DNA of 64,000 bases from a bacterium (lineage in GTDB: Bacteria; Actinomycetota; Coriobacteriia; Coriobacteriales; Atopobiaceae), in assembly GCA_963605405.1 (NCBI GenBank), contig CAVCUP010000011.1, positions 11,270-75,269 on the forward strand. The letters are read 5' to 3'. Made by a program: the position numbers and the translations under genes. Of this stretch, positions 28,484-35,823 are shown one piece after another. The notes under the pieces were generated by a model, which was given only the letters and a program-made list of their open reading frames with translations, ran no database searches and was not told the origin of the DNA. The first letter of the stretch is position 1. The number at the start of each line of letters is the position of its first letter.

Positions 28484-28509
28484 AAAAATCCTTTGTTCTT
28501 ATCCACGAA

Positions 28510-28535
28510 GGGGCAGGGATGCGTATCCCTGCCCC
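28510..28535 (-). other. Intercistronic perfect 11-bp hairpin between the binding-protein and permease genes
   Basis: GGGGCAGGGAT-gcgt-ATCCCTGCCCC with no U-tract. This is the expected position for an mRNA-stabilising structure that uncouples expression of the binding protein. Confidence 0.45.
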
Positions 28536-28559
28536 GCAAACAAGCGCTGAGTTGTGTGC

Positions 28560-29462
28560 TTAGGCCGGCTGACGGTCCATGCAGTCCTGCCAGATGGAGA
28601 GGCGGTCGGCCTCGGAGATGCCGGCGATTATCTCGTTGAGCTTGGCGAGGACCTCGTCCTGGCCCTTGGCGATGGCGGCGTTGTCCGGGTTGCCGGGGTC
28701 GGAGAAGCCGTCGCCGTCGGCGAGCTCGACCTTCTGGAGATCGGGATAGTTCTCGAGGAGGTTCGGCAGCGACATGGACGAGAAGGTGATGGCGTCGCAG
28801 GTGCCGTTCTCGATGCCGTCGACGACCAGCGGGACCGTGGCCACCGGGGTGAGGTGGTTGACGTTGGGGATCTCGTCGATGAGGTCGTCGTAGAAGGTGT
28901 CCTTCTGGCCGAGAACGGTGGCGCCGTCGAAGTCGGAGAGCTTGGTGGCGCCGGCGTACTTGGAGTCCTTCTTCACGACCATGACGACCTCGTCGTCGAT
29001 GTAGGAGTCGGTGAAGTCGGCGGACTGGGAGCGCTCGGGCGTCACGGACATGCCGGCGCAGATGATGTCGATGGTGCCGTTGTTGAGCGAGTCGACGAGG
29101 GCGCCGAACTCCATCTTAACGGCGACGGGCTCCATGCCGAGGCCCTCGGCGATCTTCTTCGCGATCTGGACGTCGTAGCCGTCGGCGTAGGCGCCGGAGA
29201 CGTTCTCGATGGGAATGGTGGTGTCGGAGGCCTTCTCCTCCTGCCAGTTGTAGGGGGCGTAGGCGGCCTCCATGCCGACGCGCAGGGTCTTGCCGTCGCC
29301 GAGCGTGCCGGAAGAGGCGCTGGCAGAGGAGTCGGAGCTCGAGGAGGAGCTGTCGGAGCTCTGGGAAGCAGGGCCGCAGCCGGTGAGGAACGTGGCGCCC
29401 GCGACGGTGAGCGTCGAGAGGCCGGAGAGCTTGAGGAAATTACGGCGAGAGAGATCGTGCAT
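28560..29462 (-). CDS. Amino acid ABC transporter substrate-binding lipoprotein
   Basis: The start MHDLSRRNFLKLSGLSTLTVAGATFLTGC has a Tat-like RRxFLK and a lipobox. A Ser-rich linker precedes a type 2 periplasmic binding fold. The ORF-track start at 29540 is rejected. Confidence 0.88.
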   Translation of the reverse strand: MHDLSRRNFLKLSGLSTLTVAGATFLTGCGPASQSSDSSSSSSDSSASASSGTLGDGKTLRVGMEAAYAPYNWQEEKASDTTIPIENVSGAYADGYDVQIAKKIAEGLGMEPVAVKMEFGALVDSLNNGTIDIICAGMSVTPERSQSADFTDSYIDDEVVMVVKKDSKYAGATKLSDFDGATVLGQKDTFYDDLIDEIPNVNHLTPVATVPLVVDGIENGTCDAITFSSMSLPNLLENYPDLQKVELADGDGFSDPGNPDNAAIAKGQDEVLAKLNEIIAGISEADRLSIWQDCMDRQPA

Positions 29463-29811
29463 GGCGGTTCCTTCCGGTTTGGTGTGTGACCCCTTCCGTG
29501 CCGCGCAACCGGAAGGGACCCATTCCCCTCCCCCTTGCAACCGAATGCGAGAAAGTTACGCGCACGTGGGCTACCTTACGCCAACGCGCGCGGGCATGCG
29601 CGCCCGACCCGCGCGGGAAACTGCGATTTAACCCGCCCGCCGCTCATGCAGGGGAAGCGGGCGGCGGCGCCAACGCGCCGCGAGGGGCCGCGCAGAGAAG
29701 GGCGCCGGGCCGGGCGTCGGGCCGGGCGCCGGGCCGTGACGCCGCGCGGGCCCCTTCTCGCCCCCCCTCTCGCCGGCCATGCACGTTCACAAAGCGTTAA
29801 CGCAATGAGGG

Positions 29812-29841
29812 TTGCGTCGGCTCACTCCACCGGAGTAAAGT
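29812..29841 (+). promoter_or_regulatory. Candidate promoter of the Trp-leader/ECF operon
   Basis: TTGCGT (29812..29817), an 18-nt spacer, then TAAAGT (29836..29841). The -35 element is the right arm of the inverted repeat ACGCAA-N6-TTGCGT (29800..29817). Confidence 0.3.
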
Positions 29842-29887
29842 GGGCGCCAACGCGCAGGCAACGAATCCAAAGGAGAGGAGCGCCAAG

Positions 29888-29950
29888 ATGTCCGAGCACA
29901 TGAACAACAACTGGTGGTGGCGCAACTCGATTACCTTCGGTCAGTCGTGA
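29888..29950 (+). CDS. Leader peptide with three consecutive Trp codons (MSEHMNNNWWWRNSITFGQS)
   Basis: Not in the ORF track because it is too short. AAGGAGAGGAG (29870..29880) sits 7 nt before the ATG. TGG TGG TGG is at 29912..29920. The TGA stop is at 29948..29950. Confidence 0.75.
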   Translation: MSEHMNNNWWWRNSITFGQS

Positions 29951-29985
29951 GTCTTGTCGCGCCTTATTTTTACGCGAACTTTGAA

Positions 29986-30016
29986 GGGCTCCCGGTTTGG
30001 CCGGGGGCCCTTTTTT
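29986..30016 (+). terminator. Attenuator terminator between the leader peptide and the first TrpP-like gene
   Basis: GGGCTCCCGG (29986..29995), loop TTTGG, CCGGGGGCCC (30001..30010), then TTTTTT (30011..30016). It ends 33 nt upstream of ATG 30049. Confidence 0.8.
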
Positions 30017-30048
30017 GTTCACCCAACACACTCTAAGGAGAGAAGAGC

Positions 30049-30624
30049 ATGTCCGACCAGAACACCAACCAGCAGCAGGCCCGCACCGTTACCTCCGTGG
30101 ACCGCGGCACCCTCGACCTCAAGGCCCTCACCCTCTACGCGATTCTCCTGGCCGCCGGATTCGTCCTCAACATGACCGTCTCCAAGTTCTTCAGCGGCAT
30201 CACGGGCGGCATACTCTCGCCCGAGTTCATCATCGCCGCCTTCTGCCTGGAGATCCTCATCCTCAGGCCCAAGGTCGGCCAGGCCGCCGTCATCGGGCTT
30301 CTCGCCGGCGTCGTGATCCAGATCACCGCCTCTGTCAAGGGCCCCGACCTCATCGCCGAGCCCGTCGCGGCCGTCGTGATGGCGCTCATCGTCAAGGCGC
30401 TGGGCAACAGCGGCGCGAAGTCCGCTCTCCCGCTCGTCGGCACCTTCGTCGTGACCTGCATCTCCGGCCTCATCTACGCCGTCATCTTCGCCTGCCTGGT
30501 CCAGCGCAACCCCGCCCTCATCGGCGTGATGGCGCCGGTCGTCGCCGCCACCGGCGTCTGCAACGCCGTCATCGTCGCCGCGCTCTACATCCCCGTGAAG
30601 AAGGCCTTGAAGCTCAACGACTAG
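30049..30624 (+). CDS. ECF transporter S component, TrpP (tryptophan transporter)-like, copy 1
   Basis: 191 aa with about 6 TM segments. The core ...GGILSPEFIIAAFCLEILILRPKVGQAAVIGLLAGVVIQITAS... aligns by eye with my recollection of B. subtilis TrpP (..GGMKPDMMLIMMFMGILLFPRVQNVLVIGIVTGIISALTT..). AAGGAG RBS. Confidence 0.65.
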   Translation: MSDQNTNQQQARTVTSVDRGTLDLKALTLYAILLAAGFVLNMTVSKFFSGITGGILSPEFIIAAFCLEILILRPKVGQAAVIGLLAGVVIQITASVKGPDLIAEPVAAVVMALIVKALGNSGAKSALPLVGTFVVTCISGLIYAVIFACLVQRNPALIGVMAPVVAATGVCNAVIVAALYIPVKKALKLND

Positions 30625-30718
30625 CGGCTCGGGCGGCCTTCGCCCGCATCCCTCGCCAGCTCTTCCAGACCGTCGCCCCCGTCATTTTGCCCCCGCCCCG
30701 CACAGAAAGAAGCGCATC

Positions 30719-31267
30719 ATGTCCCAGCAGGCCCGCACCGTCACCGCCGATGCCAAGCAGTCCGGCGTCATCGACATCAAGTCCCTCGTCCTTCTCGCCA
30801 TCCTGCTCGCCGCCGGCTTCATCCTCAACATGACCATCGGCAACGCCGTCGCCATGATCGGCATCAAGCCGCAGTTCATCATCGCCGCCTACGCGCTCGC
30901 CATCCTGCTCACCGACGCCGGCTTCCTCCAGGCCGTTCTGTACGCCGTCATCTCCGCCTGCGTCTGCCAGCTCACGACCTCTATCCCGGGCCTGAACTTC
31001 GCGACCGAGGTCTGCGGCGCGCTCGCCATGGCCGCCCTCATCAAGCTCCCCCTCGGCGTGGGCGGCAAGTCCGTGGTCCCGCTCGTGGCCACCTTCGTGA
31101 CGACCCTCGTGTCCGGCGCGCTCTTTGCCGTGGCGGGCACCCTCATCATGGGCGCCGCCATCGGGACCGTCGTCGTCAAGGTCCCGCTGGTGCTCGGCAC
31201 CGCGGTCTTCAACGCTCTGGTGGTCCAGGCGCTCTTCTTCCCCTTGCAGAAGGTCCTCGGCAAGTAG
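30719..31267 (+). CDS. ECF transporter S component, TrpP-like, copy 2 (paralogue)
   Basis: 182 aa with the same architecture and clear similarity to copy 1 (LLAAGFILNMT..., PQFIIAAYALAILL..., VPLVATFVTTLVSGALFAV). Confidence 0.6.
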   Translation: MSQQARTVTADAKQSGVIDIKSLVLLAILLAAGFILNMTIGNAVAMIGIKPQFIIAAYALAILLTDAGFLQAVLYAVISACVCQLTTSIPGLNFATEVCGALAMAALIKLPLGVGGKSVVPLVATFVTTLVSGALFAVAGTLIMGAAIGTVVVKVPLVLGTAVFNALVVQALFFPLQKVLGK

Positions 31268-31346
31268 TTCTCGGGTACCATGTAGTGCGCCGGCCGCGAC
31301 GTTCGGGCCGGCGCTTCTTTTTATGCATGCTTAGAAAGGCCACGCA

Positions 31347-33173
31347 GTGAGCAACTCAAGCACCTCGCAGCCGATCGTCGAGCTGAGGGACGTCTCGTTC
31401 GCCTACGGGCAGGACAGCGCCCGCGCGCTCGACCACGTGAGCCTCGCCATCAACGAAGGCGAGTTCGTGGGCGTCATCGGCCCCTCGGGCGCCGGCAAGT
31501 CGACGCTCGCCGCCGTGATGAGCGGCGCCATCCCCCACCACTACACCGGCCAGCTCTTCGGCGCCACCATGGTCGACGGACACGACACCTGTGAGGTCAC
31601 CCTCACGGACATCAGCCGCGTGGTCGGCAGCGTCCTGCAGGACATCGACTCCCAGATGGTCGCCTCCGTGGTCGAGGACGAGATGCTCTTCGGCCTCGAG
31701 AACTACGGCGTTCCGCATGACCAGATCGAGGGCCGGATCGAACGCGCGCTCGAGACGGTCGGCATCCCCCATCTGCGCGACCGCGAGATAGCCAAGCTTT
31801 CCGGCGGCCAGAAGCAGAAGGTCGCCATCGCCGCCATCCTCGCGCTCGCCCCGCGTGTGCTCGTGCTCGACGAGCCCACCGCCGCGCTCGACCCGGCGAG
31901 CTCCACGCTCGTCTTCGAGACCCTGCGCCAGGTCAACGAGGCGGCGGGAATCACGGTCGTCGTCATCGAGCAGAAGGTCGCGCTGCTGTGCAAGTACTGC
32001 GAGCGCGTCCTCGTGCTCTCCGAGGGCAAGCTCGCCTACGACGGCGAGCCGCACGAGGTCTTCGGCCACGCCCGAGAGCTGCGGGCCATCGGCGTCGACA
32101 GCCCCCGCGTGGCGAGAATCGCGAACAGCCTGCTTGAGCACGGCGTCGTCGAGAGCATCGAGCGGCCGTGCCTGAACGTGGCCGAGGCCAAGGGGCTCAT
32201 CGCCGCTCTCGTGCCCGCCGGCGGCGAGGGCGCGACGGACAGCGGCGAGCGGGCCGCCCAGGGCGCCTCTTCCCTTATCCCCGACGCTGTCAAGCCGACG
32301 CGCCCCTCTCGCCACAAACCGGCCGCGCGCCCCCATGCCGAGGGCGCGGACCCCGTGGTCGAAGTCGAGGACGTGAGCTTCGCCTACCCCAACCGCGGGG
32401 ACTCCGTGGCCGGCCTCAACATGCGCGTCTACCCCGGCGAGCTGGTAGGCATCATCGGCCAGAACGGCGCCGGCAAGACGACCTTCACCAAGCTGCTCAA
32501 CGGCCTCTTTAAGCCGAAGACTGGGTCGGTCCGCATCGCCGGGCTGGACACGCGCGAGGTCCCCACCAGCACGATCGCCGCCCATTGCGCGACGCTCTTC
32601 CAGAACCCGGACCGCCAGATCTGCAAGGACACCGTGCTCGAGGAGGTCGCCTTCGGCCTTACCCTCCACGGGACGCCGCAGGACGAGGCCGAGCGACGCG
32701 CCGCCAAGGTCATCAAGCGCTTCGACCTACCGGCGGGCGAGTCGCCCTTCTCGCTTTCTCGCGGCCAGCGCCAGATGGTCGCCCTGGCCAGCGTCGTGGT
32801 CCTCGACCCGCAGGTCGTGCTCCTCGACGAGCCGACGAGCGGCCTCGACTACCGCGAGTGCATGACCGTTATGGAGACGGTGCGCGAGATGGCCGAGCGC
32901 GGCTGCGCCGTGATCATGGTCTGCCACGACATGGAGGTCGTGAGCGACTTCGCCGAGCGCATCGTGGTCATGACCAAGGGCAAGATCGCCGCGCGCGACC
33001 AGGCGGACGCGGTGTTCGCCGACGACGAGCTGATGGCCGCCGCCTACGTGGAGCCTCCGCAGGTCATCGCCCTCGCGAAGGAGCTCGCCACGGACATCTC
33101 GCCCGAGTTCGCGGGCATCAGCCAGGTATCCGGCATCGTCGACCTCGTGGAGGAGATGGTCAATCGTGGGTAG
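31347..33173 (+). CDS. Fused ECF transporter ATPase (EcfA1-EcfA2, two ABC domains)
   Basis: It has two Walker A motifs (GPSGAGKST, GQNGAGKTT), two signatures (LSGGQKQKVAIA, LSRGQRQMVALA) and two Walker B motifs (VLVLDEPT, VVLLDEPT). GTG start. Confidence 0.9.
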   Translation: MSNSSTSQPIVELRDVSFAYGQDSARALDHVSLAINEGEFVGVIGPSGAGKSTLAAVMSGAIPHHYTGQLFGATMVDGHDTCEVTLTDISRVVGSVLQDIDSQMVASVVEDEMLFGLENYGVPHDQIEGRIERALETVGIPHLRDREIAKLSGGQKQKVAIAAILALAPRVLVLDEPTAALDPASSTLVFETLRQVNEAAGITVVVIEQKVALLCKYCERVLVLSEGKLAYDGEPHEVFGHARELRAIGVDSPRVARIANSLLEHGVVESIERPCLNVAEAKGLIAALVPAGGEGATDSGERAAQGASSLIPDAVKPTRPSRHKPAARPHAEGADPVVEVEDVSFAYPNRGDSVAGLNMRVYPGELVGIIGQNGAGKTTFTKLLNGLFKPKTGSVRIAGLDTREVPTSTIAAHCATLFQNPDRQICKDTVLEEVAFGLTLHGTPQDEAERRAAKVIKRFDLPAGESPFSLSRGQRQMVALASVVVLDPQVVLLDEPTSGLDYRECMTVMETVREMAERGCAVIMVCHDMEVVSDFAERIVVMTKGKIAARDQADAVFADDELMAAAYVEPPQVIALAKELATDISPEFAGISQVSGIVDLVEEMVNRG

Positions 33174-33912
33174 CGTCATCGACTATATCCCGGGCAACTC
33201 CCTGCTGCACAAGCTGAACCCCGTCACCAAGCTCGCGCTCGCCGCGGCCATCATCCTGGCCACCTTCCTCGGCGACACGTATCCCCTGCTCATCGCCCTG
33301 CTCGTGCTCACGTTCGCCCTCGGCTCCTACGCCAAGGCGAGCGCCGGCCTCGTCACGCTCGCCAAGCTCATGGTGCCGCTCTCGGTGATCATGCTCGTGC
33401 TGCAGACCGCGTTTATCCGCACGGGCGACGCGCTCTTTGCGTGGGTCACCGTTGACGGCGTGGTCACCGGCACGAAGGCCGCCCTGCGCCTGCTGGGCGT
33501 CGCGCTGCCGCTCATCCTGATGCTCACCGTGACCAAGCTGAACGACCTGGCCAACGCCGTGGTCGAGGTGCTCCACGTGCCGTACCGCTACGCCTTCACC
33601 TTCACGACCGCGCTGCGCTTCGTCCCCGTGTTCAGCCAGGAGATGAACGCCATCATGGAGGCCCAGACCGCCCGCGGCGTCGAGTACGACACCAAGAATC
33701 CCATCAAGAAGCTGCAGCTCATGCTGCCTTTGTGCGTGCCCCTGCTCGTGAGCTCCGTCGGCAAGACGGACGCGACGGCGCTCGCCGCCGAGCAGCGCGG
33801 CTTCTACCTGCGCACGCGCGAGAGCAGCTACAAGCGCTACCCCATGGGCGGCGGCGACTACGCCGTGCTCGCGTGCTGCGTCGCGCTGATCGTGCTCGGG
33901 GTGTTGTTCTAG
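33166..33912 (+). CDS. ecfT: ECF transporter transmembrane (T) component EcfT/CbiQ family
   Basis: 248 aa. The N-terminus is IDYIPGNSLLHKLNPVTKL, and the conserved ARG signature region is MEAQTARGVE. The gene overlaps the ecfA stop by 8 nt. Confidence 0.88.
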   Translation: MGSVIDYIPGNSLLHKLNPVTKLALAAAIILATFLGDTYPLLIALLVLTFALGSYAKASAGLVTLAKLMVPLSVIMLVLQTAFIRTGDALFAWVTVDGVVTGTKAALRLLGVALPLILMLTVTKLNDLANAVVEVLHVPYRYAFTFTTALRFVPVFSQEMNAIMEAQTARGVEYDTKNPIKKLQLMLPLCVPLLVSSVGKTDATALAAEQRGFYLRTRESSYKRYPMGGGDYAVLACCVALIVLGVLF

Positions 33913-33970
33913 GCGCCTTGCGGACACCGCGAGGATTCGCGCGGGCGGGCAGCCCGCACGCCGACAAGCA

Positions 33971-34015
33971 AGCGCCCGGGACGGTTCGTTTGAGCCGTCC
34001 CGGGCGCTTCTTGTT
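33971..34015. terminator. Bidirectional terminator between ecfT (+) and the zinc-ribbon gene (-)
   Basis: AGCGCCCGGGACGG-ttcgtttgag-CCGTCCCGGGCGCT, a 14-bp perfect stem, followed by TCTTGTT. Confidence 0.7.
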
Positions 34016-34087
34016 GGCGCCTCTTGCCTTTGTTTCTTGCCCGCACCGCTTAGTTGCGCTGGTCATCGGTCGTTTGCCTGCCTTCAT

Positions 34088-35491
34088 CTACTGCTCGAGA
34101 CGGCTCACCGTGGAGGTCTGGCCGGTCTCCGGGTCGGTATAGGAGCTGGTGAAGCCGGTAACCTTGTTGTCGCCGTTGAAGTGGACCTTCATCACGTAGG
34201 TGAAGTTGGCCTGCTTGCTCCAGCCGGAGGTCGGGTTCTCGCGGTGACCCGCGACGTCGACGGAGACCGTGGCCACGCCGTCCTTGTAGTCGGTCACCTT
34301 GGCGGCGGTGCAGATATCCTCTCCGTCGTTGAGAGCGGCGCCCTTGCCGCGGGTGAGCTCAGCGTACAGGTGGCTGGAGGGGTCGACGTAGTTGCAGACG
34401 CGCTGAGTCCAGTCGTCGATGGGGCGAGCCTCGGAGTCGTCCTCGTTGTTCACCGTGCAGTTGGTCCACCAAGTCTTGCAGAAAGCCGCTGCGGCGTCCT
34501 TACGGGTCCTGGCGGTCGCCTCTTCAGTCTGGGAGGCCACGGCAACGGCGTTGGCGTCCGCGTTGTTCTCGGCGTTGTTGTTGGTGTTCGCGCTGTTGTC
34601 GGAGGCGGCGTTGTTGTTGGCGTTGTTGTTGGCGAACTTGGCCTTAGCCTCCTCATCGGCCTTTGCCTTTGCGTCGGCTTCCGCCTTCGCCTTGGCCTCT
34701 GCGTCGGCCTTTGCCTTCGCGGCTGCGTCCGCCTTCGCCTTGGCTTCCGCGTCGGCCTTCGCCTTCGCGGCTGCGTCCGCCTTCGCCTTGGCTTCCGCGT
34801 CCGCCTTGGCCTTGGCCTCTGCGTCGGCCTTCGCCTTGGCTTCCGCGTCGGCCTTCGCCTTTGCGTCGGCTTCCGCCTTCGCCTTGGCCTCTGCGTCGGC
34901 CTTCGCCTTCGCGGCTGCGTCCGCCTTGGCCTTGGCTTCCGCGTCCGCCTTGGCCTTAGCATCAGCAGCGGCCTTGGCGTCGGTCTTCTGCTGGGTGGAC
35001 TTCGACTCGGTGGTCTTGGTGGTTGCGTTGGCGGTGGCCTTCTCCTGCGTGGCCTTAACGGTCGTTGCCTTGGAATCGGCCGCGGCGTCGCCCTTGGCGT
35101 CCGCCTTGGCGTCGGTCTTGGAATCGGTCGTAGTGGCCTTGGAATCGGCCTTGCCCTGGACGGACTGGGCGCTTACCTGCTGGGCGGCCTGGTTCGTCTG
35201 GTCGCGAGTCAGGAGGCTAAATCCCGCGCCCGCACCGAGCCCGACGACGATGGCGGCAGCGACGGCCACGGCGACGAGCCTCTTCTTCTTGGAATCGCCG
35301 TGAGGGGACTTCTTGGCGTGGTAAGCGCCCGGCACGTAGCCTTCTGCGTCGTTGGGGTTCGTGTCGTTCACGCCCGCGGGCGCGCCCGGCAGAATCTCGG
35401 TCATCGGGGCGCCGGCGGCCTCGGCACCGCAGTTGGGGCAGAACTTGTCGTTCTCGGACATCTGGGACCCGCAGTAAGCACAGTAACGCAT
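34088..35491 (-). CDS. Zinc-ribbon / single-pass membrane protein with a long (K-A-[DE]-A)n repeat region and a C-terminal globular domain
   Basis: The N-terminus [24 protein letters not shown] is a CxxC...CxxC zinc ribbon. It is followed by the TM segment [20 protein letters not shown], an Ala/Lys/Asp/Glu repeat, an Asn-rich linker and an unassigned C-terminal domain. Confidence 0.75.
   Translation of the reverse strand: MRYCAYCGSQMSENDKFCPNCGAEAAGAPMTEILPGAPAGVNDTNPNDAEGYVPGAYHAKKSPHGDSKKKRLVAVAVAAAIVVGLGAGAGFSLLTRDQTNQAAQQVSAQSVQGKADSKATTTDSKTDAKADAKGDAAADSKATTVKATQEKATANATTKTTESKSTQQKTDAKAAADAKAKADAEAKAKADAAAKAKADAEAKAKAEADAKAKADAEAKAKADAEAKAKADAEAKAKADAAAKAKADAEAKAKADAAAKAKADAEAKAKAEADAKAKADEEAKAKFANNNANNNAASDNSANTNNNAENNADANAVAVASQTEEATARTRKDAAAAFCKTWWTNCTVNNEDDSEARPIDDWTQRVCNYVDPSSHLYAELTRGKGAALNDGEDICTAAKVTDYKDGVATVSVDVAGHRENPTSGWSKQANFTYVMKVHFNGDNKVTGFTSSYTDPETGQTSTVSRLEQ
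34633..34985 (-). repeat. In-frame degenerate tandem repeat (about 24-nt unit, [16 protein letters not shown]) inside the zinc-ribbon gene
   Basis: The DNA reads as iterated gccttcgccttggc(c/t)tc(c/t)gcgtc(c/g)gc units. The protein reads [40 protein letters not shown]... Confidence 0.9.
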
Positions 35492-35740
35492 GGCGACCTC
35501 CTTATTACGGAAGCGATTGATGGCATCACTCTTTTAACCGCCCTTTGAGCGGGCAATTAAATTAACACGAGGTAGATATACTGTTTGAATCAATTTGGGT
35601 TCCAAGGCGAGAATCTTTTGTGACCCGCCTGGGACTAAGAGTATAGCAGGGCGCCCAGCAGCCGCACGCGCGAATTGGCCCCGCAGGACCTAAATGAACA
35701 CGGTGGCTATTAGCGTCGCCAGCACAGAGCCTAATCCATC

Positions 35741-35777
35741 AAAAAAGAAACGACACAAGGGGCTACCCCTTGTGTCG
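35741..35777 (-). terminator. Intrinsic terminator after the tsaB-rimI-tsaD fusion gene
   Basis: CGACACAAGGGG-cta-CCCCTTGTGTCG (35751..35777). The minus strand continues UUUCUUUUUU. Confidence 0.8.
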
Positions 35778-35823
35778 CCTACGGAATGGTATGTATAAAG
35801 AAGCGGTGCCTTTGCCGGGTTCG

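Noticed and set aside
29486-29903. Arg/Pro/Gly-rich ORFs (29486..29800, 29535..29903) and the minus-strand ORF 29822..30031 in the long spacer upstream of the ECF operon
   Set aside because: Their composition is driven by very GC-rich non-coding DNA (GGGCCGGGCG-type direct repeats), and they have no RBS. The region is better explained as divergent promoter, leader peptide and attenuator. The GC-rich hairpin CCGCCCGC...GCGGGCGG (about 29635..29670) is noted, but I could not assign it a role.
34633-34985. Possible CRISPR array (regularly repeated ~24-30-nt units)
   Set aside because: The repeats are contiguous with no unique spacers. They are in frame inside a coding sequence, and no cas genes are nearby.
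34037-35548. 503-aa plus-strand ORF with striking [11 protein letters not shown] repeats, plus several Arg/Pro-rich ORFs (34450..34962, 34663..34959)
   Set aside because: They are mirror or alternate-frame readings of the KAKADAEA repeat DNA. The minus-strand frame has a proper zinc-ribbon start, a TM segment and a C-terminal domain.
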